This document shows, in pieces, positions 27,628 to 40,512 of a DNA stretch of 64,000 nt. Each line of letters begins with the position of its first letter. The first letter of the stretch is position 1. The stretch lies in NCBI GenBank assembly GCA_965112155.1, contig OZ218099.1; one strand, written 5' to 3'. Position numbers and translations under genes: made by a program. Source of the stretch: Podarcis liolepis. Lineage: Eukaryota. The notes beneath the pieces are model-generated. The model saw nothing but the letters and a program-made list of their open reading frames with translations, was not told the origin of the DNA and ran no database searches.

Positions 27628-27767
27628 TGGTTTCAGTCAGTAGAGCATGAAACTCTTATTCTCAGGGTTGTGGGTTTGAACCCCACATGGGGCAGAAGAG
27701 ATTCCTTCATTGCAGGGGGTTGGACTGGATAATCCTTGTGGTCCTTTCCAACTCCACAATTTTATGA
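27628..27767 (+). mobile_element. tRNA-Lys-derived SINE with CR1 tail
   Basis: tcagtcagtagagcatgaaactcttattctcagggttgtgggtttgaacccca head plus gggttggactggat...ccaactccacaattttatga tail. Confidence 0.75.
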
Positions 27768-30739
27768 AAACATTGTGTAGGACTCTACATTTCAGTCTCC
27801 AGGCAAAGAGACATTTCTTCCCCAAAGGATAGGTGCTCTGGGGGCGAGCACTTTTCCATTCACAAAAGGAAGGGCAGACCTCTGGGAGTGAATTCTGCAC
27901 ATATTTAGGGGCTCCCAGCCTTAGGTGCTGGGTTCTTTTGGAAACAAGATTATGACGAGTACCCAGGAGTAAGGTCCACCAGCACACCCACTGTACTTGC
28001 TGTTGGAAAGAGGGGCCCTCTGTGAGATCTTCTGCTTTGTTTTTGTTAAGCTTCTGAGGAGAGCACAGTAGTTTTGGAAATTGGTATATTTCTTTCCACC
28101 CCAGTTAGTGCCATTCTTTTAATGCATTACGTAATTACTTAGTTGAATGCTGAATTTCAGCTTTAAGCCTCCCAGAGCTCCTGCTCTGGGCCCACCTGCC
28201 CTGCCTGCTGGAAGGGGGGAGGCACTGCCTCTTTAAGAGCTGCCTCCTTTGTATGCTGCGGCTGCAGTATCTTGGCTTTGGGCTCCTGCCCTCGTGTCCA
28301 ACTGCAAAGCAATGAAAAGGCACTTCCCTTGTTCTGGCTTCTCTGTTCCAGCAGCCACACAATGGAGCCTTGTTGTGTCAGGAACTCTGATCTCTTTGAA
28401 ATAGCCCTCAAAGCTAGAGCCTGGCTCCCCACCCCGGCTACAGGTCTGTGCTCCCTGTTGAGGACAGGGACGCTGCTGCTCTCCACACACCCTCCATAAG
28501 GCAAGGGAGCACCACCACGTTCTTCCCCTGACTGCCTGGGTACACGTTCCCCACTGGGCAACTGCAGTGGTATGGCCAGGATGGTAGAACCTGCCTTCTG
28601 TTCCTCTGTTGACCTCTGGGCTTGGTCCTGCCTCTCCCCATCTCAAAGCAGCTGAATCAGCAATGCTCCCAGCAGGGTCAAACCGAGACACTCCCCCTGC
28701 CTGCAGAGACTAGAATGTGATGCCTGGAGCATTGCTTGAATTCCTCCAGCGGTATTTGGGAAATGTCTTTCTCATGCTGCGAGCTGCAGATGTGAGAATC
28801 CACTGTATGTTATACCGCACAGATGCAGGACAGAGTTCTGGGGTGCATCATTACCTTCATGTGCTGTGTCCTGCCTCTCTTTCTGGGGTGCTCAACAGGA
28901 GTCGTGCCTTTTTGCTAGGAAGCCACAGCCAACGTGGCCGCCTTAAGTGCTTCTGATTTTGTTTGGGCTCACACATGAGAAAGGAGGAGCTGGCCTGTGG
29001 TCTGAGGCCTGCAGCTTCAAGTCACCTTTGTGCAGTGCTCTGCATGTATCCTAGCACTGTTTCAGAGGGTTCGTTTGGACAGTGACAAAAACAGAGATGT
29101 AGCCTTGAATGACTGCAGTGGGTTTCTCTTGGAAGTATGACATTGCTGTGTATGTATGACGGCAATTTTTGCCCCCGTTGCCTGATGCTTGTGGCAGCAC
29201 CCCTGCATCCTTAATTCACTCTGGAGGATCAAGATTGCTTTAGATCTTTCCTTATGGTGGTGATTGTGGTGCTTAATAGGAGAAGCCTTGGGAAGAATTC
29301 AACATAGCATTAAGTGATGTATGCGTCAGTGGAACAAGGTCCCCTGCCGCAATGGGACTTTTCCACCCATTCCTCCCCAAACCTGTTCATGTGTTGCGGG
29401 CAGGGGAGAGGGGAGGAAGTCCTATAGGAGAAGATCTTGTTTCACATATGCAACAATTTAATCTTGCCTTTCATGTCATTGGCAATAAACAGCCCGGTTT
29501 GGGGGGCTTAGCTTTCCAAAAACGTTTGCTTAAGCATCTATTCCTGAATCTTGAGACTGGGTTGTAGGTTGGCAAGATTCAATGTGTGAGAGACATCTGT
29601 GCCTTTTTTTTAATGGCTACCTAGAAGGAAGAGTTTCTGGTTTGCACATAATGCTAAGCCATGGTTTGCTTAACAAACCACATGTTAACCAGAGGTTGCC
29701 CCACAGAGAATCAAACTAACCATGGCGTGTTACTCTATAGTCAGTTTTGTTTTCCAGCTGTTCTTGCCTCCTTTCTTTGTAGCTTCATCAGTGTCTATGG
29801 TGGGCTGGCCAAGCAAACCACAGTTAAGGAAGGGTGCTGGGTTCACGTGTAACACCAAGCCATATTTAAAATAAACCAGGCTTCATAAGCCAATGACAAA
29901 CCATGGCTTTCCATGTTTCAGAATGTTGCTTCTATCTTGTGAGTCCTGCAGTTGCCTTGACCTTCACAATGACCTTTATTTTTGTATGTTTCTGTGGCTT
30001 TCCCTTCCCAGAAATAATGTCTTCCTCTCTGTTGTTCAAAGTAGGATCTAATTGTGTTCAATGGAGCTTTGACAGCTAGTGATCGAACACAGGTCTCTCT
30101 AACCTAATATGCAGAAGTCAGTGCAGCAATTCTGTGCTTGGTGATTTTGAAGTGGAGTGGGAAAGAAATGATTTGTGGGAAGTTGATGCTACTCACTATT
30201 GAAGCAAAGTAGTTTCTGGCTTGTCTGACTGCTATGCCTGTTACCAGTAGGATTCCTCTCGATCTAGCATTCTGTGTCCAACACTATCCAGTCAGTAGCT
30301 TCTGGGAAATGCACAAGCAAGGCATCATGTAATACACATAGCTTGTTTGCTCCCAGAAACCAACAGATACACACTGTATCTAACAATGGTGGCCCCATTG
30401 GCTTGTCATAGCAAATATTGGTTTGGTGTTCCGGCCTCATATATTGGACTATTTCTCCCCTCCAAAAAACCAGCACCACCATCAACCCATAATGACAAGT
30501 GGTCATCACACATATTGTGCTGATGAATGCCATATAATGGCATCAACAGTGGAATGAAAAAAATGTGTACGCTGGGTCATATGTTGCATATCCCAAGGGT
30601 TTATTGCATCTTCTGGTTACAGCAAGCAGTTCTGGGTGCAATTGTGACTGCTACATCAGTCTCCCTGGCCTTTCCACATCATATCCTTGTTGAGATCCAC
30701 CCATTGTAAGCAACTCTCTTTGTTTCTTTACCCTGGCAG

Positions 30740-30822
30740 TGCCCAGCGACCTGACTCCTGAGGAGCGTCAAGAACTTGAGAACATTCGCCGACGCAAGCA
30801 GGAGCTGCTGGCAGATATACAG
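30740..30822 (+). CDS. CYTH1: Cytohesin-1 exon 2 ([28 protein letters not shown])
   Basis: cag|TGCCC...CAG|gtatgt, 83 nt; coiled-coil sequence near identical to known cytohesin-1. Confidence 0.97.
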
Positions 30823-32505
30823 GTATGTGGGGGATAGGGGTGTGGCGTGTGAAGATCCTAGGTTCAGACTCTGGCATCTGTAGGCAGGGCTGCGAAGTTC
30901 CCTGCCGGTCAGTATAGACAGTATTGGAATTCGATGGACCAGTGGTTTTGACTGGGTCTGGGGTTTGTTTGTATGGCACAAGACTGACACAATACTTCCT
31001 ACCAGTTCCCATTCCAAGGAAGGGTTGGTGGCTGTTTTGTAGCTTCCAGACTTGGTGCCTCTGTGTGTCCTGGCTTTCCCTCCTTCACCTCCTCTCTTTT
31101 GGGGCTTAACTGTTTTCAGTGCCGTGACTTCACCCTGGAAATGTGACACACACACAAAAATAGAATGCCTTTGAGCACATGTAGACTTGCTTTACTTTGA
31201 TCCTGAGTAACCACAGTGGAACTCCCCCCCCCCCCACTGCCCAACACACACCTTGAGTTAGCAGCAAGTGGTTCTTTGTGGACACGAAACCCCATGGCAT
31301 TTCTTTCTTTGGATATTAAGTGCACGGCTATCCCTGCTCCTGTTCCCCCAGAGGATTCTGTGCCTGCAGCCCTGAGGCTCTGCACAGCAGGTGTCTTGGG
31401 CAAACGTCACTGCAGATCAGCAGCCAGGCACAGTTCTGGCCACCCCAGCAGAGGTTGGGGGGTGAGAAATGGCTGGGGGTGGGGCCTGATTACCCAGTGC
31501 AGCTCATGTCGAAGGATCAAGTTGGTGGGGAGGGGCATCTCCACCTGCCTCTAGCCTTGACCTGTCAGGTTGATGTACCTTATGGACATGACAAGCTAGA
31601 AGGTGGGTTACGGATATAGGATTCTCTGTCAACCAGCCCCACCTCCCAGTCAACTTGTTCCGTCTTTCCCATATAAGGAAAGATGCTGTAACTAGCCAAT
31701 ATTGGTGCAGACCTTTAAGAAGATGGGGGTGCGCCTTCCAAAGTGATGCCGGGAGAACATCCCCTTCCCTGTGTCCCACTCCTTCCATGCCCTCAGAGGC
31801 AGCAAGGCCCACCCTCCCCTTGGCTCTGACATGGGCTGCCTGTTCCTGTGGCAACTTGCTCCCAGGTGCTGGGCTTGGCAGAGCTGTTCATCAGTCCTAT
31901 CAGCAATAAATAAGGCAGTAGGAGAGGCTAATCACTGCCATATGCTGGACACTTCCTAATGAGATTAGCCCAGTAATTGTGTTAGCCCCAGGGGCTCGCT
32001 CTTCTTCCTTCCTTCCTAGAGCTCAGCACGCTGATGCCTCCCACAGATTGGCATCCATAGCCCAGCCTGCCTCTGAGCCAAGACAGGCAGACAGGCAGGC
32101 TTCTCTCTGGTCTTCATTTCCCAGGGCAGTGGGTGCCTGCAGCTGGCTTCAGCTGTATCTGATGAGTCTCTGAAGAAGGGAACAGGGTTTCCCCTTATAC
32201 AGGAAGCGAGAGATTCTGTTGTTGAACCCTGCTTCCTGAGTCTCCTTAAGCCTCTACCTTGCAGGCTCCTGGATTTTTGTGGAGAGGTCAACTTGGCAAG
32301 TCTTTCCTCTGTTCTCTATGCATTACTTCTCCCTCTGCCCAACCCAACTGATCCTCAAACCTAGATTAATGGGCATGGGGAAAGGCATAAGAGGACAGAA
32401 AAAGCTGGAGTAATAATTCCAAGGTGTTCTTTTATATAAAAAAGTTCCCCCCAAGAGCTCCACTTGATGGTGTGCTCATTCCCCCACCTTTCTTCTCCTC
32501 TGCAG

Positions 32506-32570
32506 CGTCTGAAAGATGAGATAGCAGAGGTCACTAATGAAATCGAGAACCTGGGCTCTACAGAAGAGAG
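32506..32570 (+). CDS. CYTH1: Cytohesin-1 exon 3 (RLKDEIAEVTNEIENLGSTEER)
   Basis: tgcag|CGT...GAG|gtgagt, 65 nt, in frame. Confidence 0.97.
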
Positions 32571-33119
32571 GTGAGTGGTGCTTCTGCTGGAGGAATGGGG
32601 AACGTGATATTTTGGGGGGCTTTCTCAGAATAGAAATAGGGTTCTGTTTCTAAAGCAAGCAGAAACCTGCACAGCAGAGCTGGCATGAATTCTAACATTA
32701 ATGGATATTCAGGGTCAAATCGGCCCACTGAAAACAGAAGAGAACCCCTTTTACCAGGAGCAATACTTGAACGTCAGTCCAGATAACATTGCACATTTCA
32801 TGCTGTGGATGAAACAATATCTAAAGGCAAACAAGAGTTTAAACTTGAAGAATAACCCCCAAAGACTTATCAGAGACCCATTCAGATGCCCAGTAAAAAT
32901 AGATTTGCCTATTTTGCTGACTTCAGTTGTCTGAGGAATGGGATTCCCTTGGTCTGGATTCCATCACACTTGTGTTGAGAATTGACATTTTAATCCTGGC
33001 TCTGTTCGCGTAGAGCAGATTTGCTTACATTTGAGGCCTATATGTTGAGCCTCTAGCCTGTCAAAAAAGAAAAGAAAAAAAAGATCATACTAATCTATTG
33101 AGAAGAATGGGGTGACAGT

Positions 33120-33120
<1 letters not shown>

Positions 33121-33150
<30 letters not shown>
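33121..33150. repeat. (GT)n microsatellite
   Basis: Read directly. Confidence 0.95.
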
Positions 33151-33151
<1 letters not shown>

Positions 33152-33895
33152 CTGGCTGGCTGTAATGTTCAGTCACTTTAAGTAACTATGTGGAACAAAA
33201 AGCTCCCAGACTGTTTTGCCTTGAATATCATCAGGGATCTCTGGCCTGGTCTGTTCTGCTAAAGGCTCTAGGTTTTGTCTTGCCCAGAGTCATCCCCCCC
33301 ACCCCCCAAAAACCCCTCTTCTATGACTGGTCTCGCTTCCCCATCTGGCAGCAGGTTCCCTGTCTCAGGCAGTTAACTCTGAACTGAGGCAGATGGAGTC
33401 ACCAACAGATTAGGCGGCCCAAATTATCAATGGAAACTGACATGTGACGTCTCTTTCAATCACTCAGTGTGGCTTCCTTTGCCCATCCCTGCGGACACCA
33501 GGCCCTTGTCATGTAGGGCATCCCAGGAGGCCTCCTCCTCCTCTTCCACAGTATATGGTATGCCAGTTCCCTGCTGTAGGCTCCATTTTAGTGCTGGGAA
33601 GACATCCAAGTTCCACCAAAACTTAGCTGGGGTGGTGAGAGGTCTTCATTATTTCTTGGGGTAGAGAATGTATTTCCTTGTGTTTAGAAACTTAGTAGGG
33701 GGGAGGAGTTTGTAGGGGAGGAATTTGTGCATGTTCGATGCACCCTGTCAGATAGGGGAATGGAAAGTGCCTCATTTCCTAGCCTGCCTCATATCTATGA
33801 CTAAGATGTAGGCGGGTGGAGCATTGATGAAGTGGCACAGCCCATGCTGCTTCTTGGTGGGGGTGTCTCTAACCCAAATCTTTTGTGCCTTCTAG

Positions 33896-33962
33896 GAAAA
33901 CCATGCAGAGGAACAAGCAGGTGGCGATGGGCAGGAAGAAGTTCAACATGGACCCTAAGAAG
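33896..33962 (+). CDS. CYTH1: Cytohesin-1 exon 4 (KTMQRNKQVAMGRKKFNMDPKK)
   Basis: ctag|G...AAG|gtaata, 67 nt; start of the Sec7 domain. Confidence 0.97.
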
Positions 33963-34661
33963 GTAATAAACACTTCCTTACTATGGAGCTGGCAACAGGT
34001 GTCGTTCAGGGACCACCACAAGGTCCCTCATTGCAGGCAAACTGGCTACTGTCATCTGTGGTTACTCTGCTTGTGCATGTGTGTCTCACCGTCTCCCTTG
34101 CTCTCTTTCCACAACATTATTTGTGTGTCCTGCTCTTGAGCAATTCCTTCCTGTTCAGGAATTCTTGGGAAGCAAGTGCCCAAGATCTCTTGTTTCCCTG
34201 TTCCACCCTAAAGGAGAGCTCTAAGGTGGCGATGTTCCTTAGCAGCAGAGCTCACCGGAACATGACTTGTGGACTTGGCATGGTGTTGGGATACTCAGAT
34301 CTCGTGGGTGACTGATCCTGGCTAATGGCTAGAAATGCCCAAACAGGCACATGTGCTCCTAGGGAAGGTGGACCTAGTTGTGGGCTAGTAAGCCACTGGT
34401 GCAAATCTCATGTCAGCCACGAAACCCATTAAATGGTCTTAGGCAAGCCACTATTTTCTTGACCGCAGGCTCCCTCACCTGCAAATATAGCCTACGTTTA
34501 GGGCTATTGCAGGCACTACTAAGAAGGTTTGCATGAGATACGGCTTGACCATTTCAAATCTACTATCTGCATTCTGTGCATTATTGGAGGTATTTTTGGT
34601 TCCTGTACCTGTATGTCCTGTGCAAATGCAGAGAGACACCCTTTTCTTTCTGTGCTTGCAG

Positions 34662-34780
34662 GGAATCCAGTTCCTGATAGAGAACGACCTCTTGAAGAAC
34701 ACCTGCGATGACATTGCCCAGTTCCTCTACAAAGGGGAAGGGCTCAACAAGACAGCCATTGGCGACTACTTGGGTGAAAG
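34662..34780 (+). CDS. CYTH1: Cytohesin-1 exon 5 ([40 protein letters not shown])
   Basis: gcag|GGA...AAG|gtaatg, 119 nt; Sec7. Confidence 0.98.
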
Positions 34781-35407
34781 GTAATGGGAGAAGGGAGCTT
34801 TGAGGCTTAGTCTTCCTTTATAGCCACTACCATAATGGACTTTGGTTCCTATCTCTCATGGGCATTCAAGAAATGGGAAAAGAACTTGGGATCCCAAGAG
34901 ATCTCTTGCCAGTGCCCCATTGTCTCGAGTTTCCCATGTGGACTGGCAGAACAGGAGTTCATAGTCAGGACCTTGTAGCATCCTTGGCTAATTGGAGGTT
35001 TCTGTGACCTGACCCAAGCTTTGCTTACCTAGTTGTGGGGGACAGCTGAGGAATGCCAACTGAAATTATGAATATTTAAACTGTGTGGGACTTCAGGATC
35101 ATTCTCGCTGCAGCTGACCAGTACTGGGTACTTCAGCCTTGAAATAACTTGCCTGTGCTCTGAAGCTTCTTGGAAGACTTCTGGTAACTTCATAAGAATA
35201 GACACCAGGTCATCTTCAAGGCCCAGAATTGACAGATTGAACACTGAATATTTTGCATGCATGCAGAAGGTCCAGTTCCTGGCATCTCCAGTTAAAATGA
35301 TCCAGGATCGGGTAGCAATTAAAATGACGAGGGATTGGGTAGCAAGTCACGACAGAGAACCTTCTCTGCATGTCTTTCCTGGAGAAAGACTGCCTGTCAG
35401 AATAGAC

Positions 35408-35745
35408 CAGGGGTTCCCAAACTGGTGCATAGGCCACCAGAGGTCCACAAACTTCATCCAGGTGTGTCTGTGGATTTGTAGTTGAAGATGGGAGGTGGCA
35501 ACTCCATAGCATCAAACATTCATAATTGCATTTTTATTGCTTCCTCTATTTCTTACATTGTCTTTCAATTTAATTCTGTGGACACAATAAAATACAATAT
35601 ATAAGAAATGAAAGGAGTAATAAAATACAATTAAAAACCATACCGTGTCTAGCATGGCACATTGCAACAGCCAGAAAAATCATTAAGCAGTCTGCCCAGA
35701 CCATCGGGTGGTCCATGCTGGGGTGGGGAAATGTGGGAACCACTG
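35408..35745 (+). mobile_element. hAT-type non-autonomous element, family A
   Basis: caggggttcccaaact...gggaaccactg, TSD gaatagac/gaacagac; inserted into an older repeat. Confidence 0.75.
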
Positions 35746-35926
35746 GAACAGACAATATTGGACTAGATGGCGAGAGAGTCCCACCTGGGATAAGGCAGCT
35801 TCCTATGATCCAGGCCAGGGCAAGAGGAGAGCCCAGTTCTTGGCAGCATCAGGGGTTTGGCAGCTGTATGGGATAAGTGAGTTTGGTCGCTCTCACATGT
35901 TCCCTTATTCTTTTGCCTCCTCACAG

Positions 35927-36007
35927 AGATGATTTCAATATCCAGGTGTTGCACTCATTCGTGGAGCTGCATGAGTTTACAGACCTCAACCTTGTCCAGG
36001 CACTGCG
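35927..36007 (+). CDS. CYTH1: Cytohesin-1 exon 6 ([27 protein letters not shown])
   Basis: acag|A...GCG|gtgagt, 81 nt; Sec7. Confidence 0.97.
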
Positions 36008-36254
36008 GTGAGTGGCAGCAGGATGTTTGTGAGTGAATCAGAGGTGTGTCCTTTTTCTCTTTTCCTGCACAGAAAAGGCAAGAAGAGGACATGCGTGGGC
36101 TATGGGGCTCCCTAGGAAAGAGCAGTGGATTGCAGTGCACGCACACAGAGGGAAATATGTGACTTGGAAGTCTCTGGCACATCACACAACCCTCCTACCG
36201 AGGAATGTTACTTCTGTGGCAGCTTAGCTGACTATGTGCTTGTTTCCCCTGCAG

Positions 36255-36367
36255 GCAGTTCCTTTGGAGCTTCCGGTTGCCGGGCGAAGCACAAAAGATT
36301 GATCGGATGATGGAAGCCTTTGCACAACGGTACTGTCAATGCAACCCCGGTGTCTTCCAGTCAACAG
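36255..36367 (+). CDS. CYTH1: Cytohesin-1 exon 7 ([37 protein letters not shown])
   Basis: gcag|G...CAG|gtacgc, 113 nt; holds the Sec7 FRLPGE glutamic finger (GAA at 36286-36288). Confidence 0.98.
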
Positions 36368-36529
36368 GTACGCACAAACTCTGCTGAACTCTGCAGGCAG
36401 CAAGGTTTTGGGATGCAGTTTTTCCTGGAGCATCCTCAGAGAGTTCTCGGCTGGGTGCCTTCTGGCTCCCACTGCCAGATTTTCAGGCTTTGTTGCTTGG
36501 GAGTGGAGAAGGGCTGGCCATTGGGCCGC

Positions 36530-36838
36530 ACAAAGTTCTTTCCCATAGTTAAAAGTGTGGATTTTGCTCCCACAAGATGGAGAAGTGGCCACCAACTTTG
36601 GATGTGTTGGAAAGACCCAGTTCATGGGTATAAGGCTATCAGTGGCTACTAGCCATGGTGACTATGTTCTCTTTCCACTGTCAGAGGCAGAATGCCTCTG
36701 AAAAGTAGTTCCTGGGAATCACAAGTGGGGATTTTGAGCTTGTGTTTTGCTTGTGGGCATTCTGCAGGCATTTGGTTGACCACTCTGAGAATAGGATGCT
36801 GGACTAGATGGGCCTTTGGTCTGATCCAGCAGGGCTCC
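36530..36838 (+). mobile_element. CR1 LINE 3' end fragment
   Basis: ggctatcagtggctactagcca...gatgctggactagatgggcctttggtctgatccagcagggctc. Confidence 0.6.
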
Positions 36839-37018
36839 CTGTCCAGCTACCCACCCACACCAAGATAGCAAACAACCCAATACAGAGCATGCATCCTGGG
36901 ACTGGATGACACTTCCTAGGCTACCCAATTGTCTTGAGTTTGTGCCTTGGTAATGGATGGAGCCAAAGGGCAGCCCATTCTGTGCTTGATCCATCCTTCA
37001 CACCTTTCTCCACCCCAG

Positions 37019-37167
37019 ATACCTGTTATGTGCTCTCGTTTGCCATCATCATGCTCAACACCAGTCTTCATAATCCCAACGTTAAGGACAAGCCAACAGT
37101 GGAGCGCTTCATTGCCATGAATCGTGGCATCAATGATGGCGGGGACCTGCCCGAGGAGCTACTTAGG
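37019..37167 (+). CDS. CYTH1: Cytohesin-1 exon 8 ([50 protein letters not shown])
   Basis: ccag|AT...AGG|gtgagc, 149 nt; Sec7. Confidence 0.98.
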
Positions 37168-37530
37168 GTGAGCTTTGTGGGAAGGGAGTGGAAGTAGTGT
37201 TTGGAAATCACAGGACTGCGATAAGGGACATGGGGGTGGCGGGTCCATTGGAATATTGGAAGCTGCCTTTGTACCTGGTCATATTTGTCCATCTAACCCA
37301 CTATTGTCCTGTTGCGTCTGATCTGGTTGACAGAGACTCTCTCCTGGGCCTCGGGCAGAGATCTTTCACATTGCCTGCTACCCGTTACTTTTTTGCATGT
37401 TAGATGTGGAGGATTTCACCCGGCACCTTCTGCATGCAAACGCTGGTCCCTTCCCAGGTTGGCTATTCCTCCTGGGAAGCAGGAGTTGGACTTGTACAGG
37501 CCCCCAATGCGTTTCTCTTCCTCCTACCAG

Positions 37531-37642
37531 AATCTGTACGAGAGCATTAAAAACGAGCCCTTCAAAATTCCCGAGGATGATGGCAATGACCTGACGCACA
37601 CTTTCTTCAACCCAGACCGTGAAGGCTGGCTTCTGAAGCTCG
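37531..37642 (+). CDS. CYTH1: Cytohesin-1 exon 9 ([38 protein letters not shown])
   Basis: ccag|AAT...TCG|gtgagt, 112 nt; Sec7-PH linker and PH beta1. Confidence 0.98.
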
Positions 37643-40368
37643 GTGAGTGCATCTGCGCAAGGTGCAAGGCCTCAGCCATGCGGAGCAGTACGGCTGTCGC
37701 CATGGCATAGGCTGCAGGGAGCAGGGAGCTCGGCTGCAGTCTGGTGACTTCTTCGTTTTTTATTTTTTGCATGGGGCTCGGTGGCCACAATCCAGCACAA
37801 CACATACCCATTGCCGAACTCAGGATGCTTTCCTAATCATCCATGCTTCAGCAGGATGTCTAGCAAGGGCAGTCTTGGTTGCAGTGCTCAGCGTCCCCTA
37901 ATGGTTCTCTTAACTTGGGCACGGCCGACTGGTTTCGGTGATTTGGTGGGTTGGGGTGCTTATGACAGTGAGGAAGACACATTGGTTTCATGGGCCCCAG
38001 GAACAGCAGATAAACTTGGGCTTTCTCTCCCTGGCTCCAAGCATTAGCCCAAGACTTGTCTGTGGTTCTGTGCTTCTCACCTGACATTGGAGGCTAGTCT
38101 CTGGCATCACCTCCCACATCCCCGCTGTGTGCGCACCGGCAGTGCATGCATGGCACCTGCAAGGCATCCACCAGCCCACCAGCCTTTCCCTGCGCAGCCC
38201 TTGACCATCTTTCTCCTGCTCACTCAGAGTGTTTCAGTTGTCTTGCCAGGTTATGGCTGGAGCAGCTCCCTGGCTGGTTTGTTTCTCCGATTTCTCTCCC
38301 CACCACCTTTAGGGCTGTTTAAATCTCTTGGAATCTGCAAATCAAATTTGAAAGCACAAATCCTCTGAATATTCAAATTTGCAATCACTGAATCTTTAAT
38401 GAAATATGGCTAATGGAATTATTCATCTATGTTTGAATGTGTAACCATCCTCTTTTTGCTTGGAGCATTTTATGAAATAAAATGGAAACAGATGCTTTTG
38501 ATTCCAAGGGATTGAGGGAGGGTGCACACACTCGAGATATTCCTGGGGAATGATGTCTGAGCTGAGACTCAGTGCTGAGTCTGAACGACACGCCTTCTAA
38601 ATCGTGCCCTTTTCCTTTCAACCAAAGCCCATGCAACAAAATGACAAAGGATTGATAGATATTGTTATTTAGAACACACGTTTTAATTATTTTAAAATAA
38701 GAGGTTGCATTGCACGGCAGTGGAGACAGAAATGAGGCTTGCTCACAAAGCAGACTTCAGGACAGGCTGCTAGGTGCACCATTACGGACACGGATATAAC
38801 TTGAGAATATTTTACAGTTTACAATTTTAGACCTGCAAGTAAGCAGCAAATATATGGTTGCTTGAAAACACAGTTGTATATTACAGTTATGATTGTAGCA
38901 AAACATAAATTTTGTTAGCTGTGAATTTTTCCATTCTTTGTTAAGTATGTTTAGAAAAGATACGTGATCCTGAAGTTCAGCCAGAAGAGGAGGCCTAAGA
39001 GATAGTTTCATTTCGGACTGGGAAGGATGTTTTCTGGCAAAAACTCCACAACTTTCTTCCCTAACTCCAGATCCACCCAATAGATGAACAAATGAAGACA
39101 CAGGAAAAACAATGATCATGCTATAGCCAAGGCAACGGGCTATCAAAATCGATAAACACAGGATAACACACACCATAGCCGGCTTATAGTTAAATAAGCC
39201 TTGATTGAATCTGATGATCAAATCCTCTTTTCTATTTGTTTCAAACTCCAGCCCTCTTGTGTCTCAGTTCAGGAAGCATTCACCAGATCTATGTTGGTGT
39301 GTGTATCTGTCAGGTGCAAAGGTGGGGTGGGTGGGTTTGTTTGTTTTTAACGCCGGATTTTAAAAATTGTGACTAAAAAACTGCAGGTACTAATGCAAAG
39401 AGTGCAGACATTGCAATGAGAACTCAGTTCAGCATGGCCTTTTCCAACTTTGGGAATTTCTCCTGTGGCTAGCTTTCTCAGAGGCAATAGAAAGAACTGG
39501 CCTGAATCCTTTTCTTCGCAGATAGGTGAGCTTTTCTGCCTGAACGGGGATGTTTGAATTGGGAATTCTAGACTGCAGCTATATCCAAATTTAGGCCCCC
39601 TGGTTCCCAATACTACCTGTCCCTGTCCCCCATTACATGGGAAGGAAGTCCCCTTGATCCCTGCGGGACCATGTTGCTGACTTTATCACAAAATGCTAAA
39701 TCTGCTGAGTTAGGAGCAATCACTCAGACAGCATCCTGTGGTTTTACCCTTCCACTGAATGCCCAGGACTTGGTAGAGCTTTATTCTGGGATACAGTGCC
39801 GCAGGGTGGCGGCAGAAAACAAAGACATGCCTAAAATCCTTGGAGAGTGAGATTAATTTGGCCCGTGAATGCGCCAAACTGCGTTGGTAATCACCAGAGG
39901 CGATTCCTCGTGTGTACACGATTTTGGGGGCAGGGGCCTTGGCTGTCTTCCAGCTGAATCCCAGCAGCAAATTGCTGATTGCTTCCGCCTGCGAATGATG
40001 CATGCCACCCCCACATGGAGGAGTCTGGGCTGCAGGCCACTTTAACAGCTGTCACTAGCCCTGGCACTAAAATCGCTAATTCTGGGACCAGGGAGCCATT
40101 TCTGTGGCAAGCAAATTCCTGACGCTGCCAGGATTTCCTAAGCTAGCAACAAGGACGAACCTATTTTTTTTTTCTGCCAGGAGTTGCTGGGGCTTTTGTG
40201 TCCTTGGCTTTGGCACCATGTTGACCTCGAGGTGGGCACTCTCCTTCTTGGTATTCTAGCGGAGAGGGAGACCTGCACCACAACAGGAGAAACGTGGGCC
40301 TGGTTTTGGGAAAAACCCTTCTGCCAACCCTCTTTTCCCTAATGCTCAACACCTTTCATTAGCTTGGG

Positions 40369-40384
40369 CAGCGCCCCCTGCTAG
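40369..40384 (-). promoter_or_regulatory. Candidate CTCF site
   Basis: CTAGCAGGGGGCGCTG on the - strand, one mismatch to the CCASYAGRKGGCRS core. Confidence 0.5.
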
Positions 40385-40509
40385 CAGCAACTGGGGTGTG
40401 CGCGAAGGGCAGATTTGATAAAGTCCTTTGTTTTTTAATTTTCTTTTCTCCCTCATTTTGTATGTTTCCATGATTTTGGCACTGCCTTTCCCTGCCCTCC
40501 AAACTCCAG

Positions 40510-40512
40510 GAG
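40510..40512 (+). CDS. CYTH1: 3-nt microexon GAG (adds the third glycine: LGGGR vs LGGR)
   Basis: ccag|GAG|gtacgt with an ~85-nt AG-free pyrimidine tract and TGC motifs upstream; matches the known cytohesin di/tri-glycine microexon. Confidence 0.88.

Noticed and set aside
27628-27700. tRNA-Lys-like sequence (also at 42140-42209)
   Set aside because: Degenerate and fused to a CR1-type tail, so a SINE head and not a tRNA gene
39314-39321. cag|GTGCAAAG|gtgggg small exon candidate
   Set aside because: 8 nt would shift the frame, both splice sites are weak, and there is no other support
40163-40186. Poly-T tract plus ccag|GAG, looking like a second microexon
   Set aside because: GAG is followed by tt, so there is no GT donor
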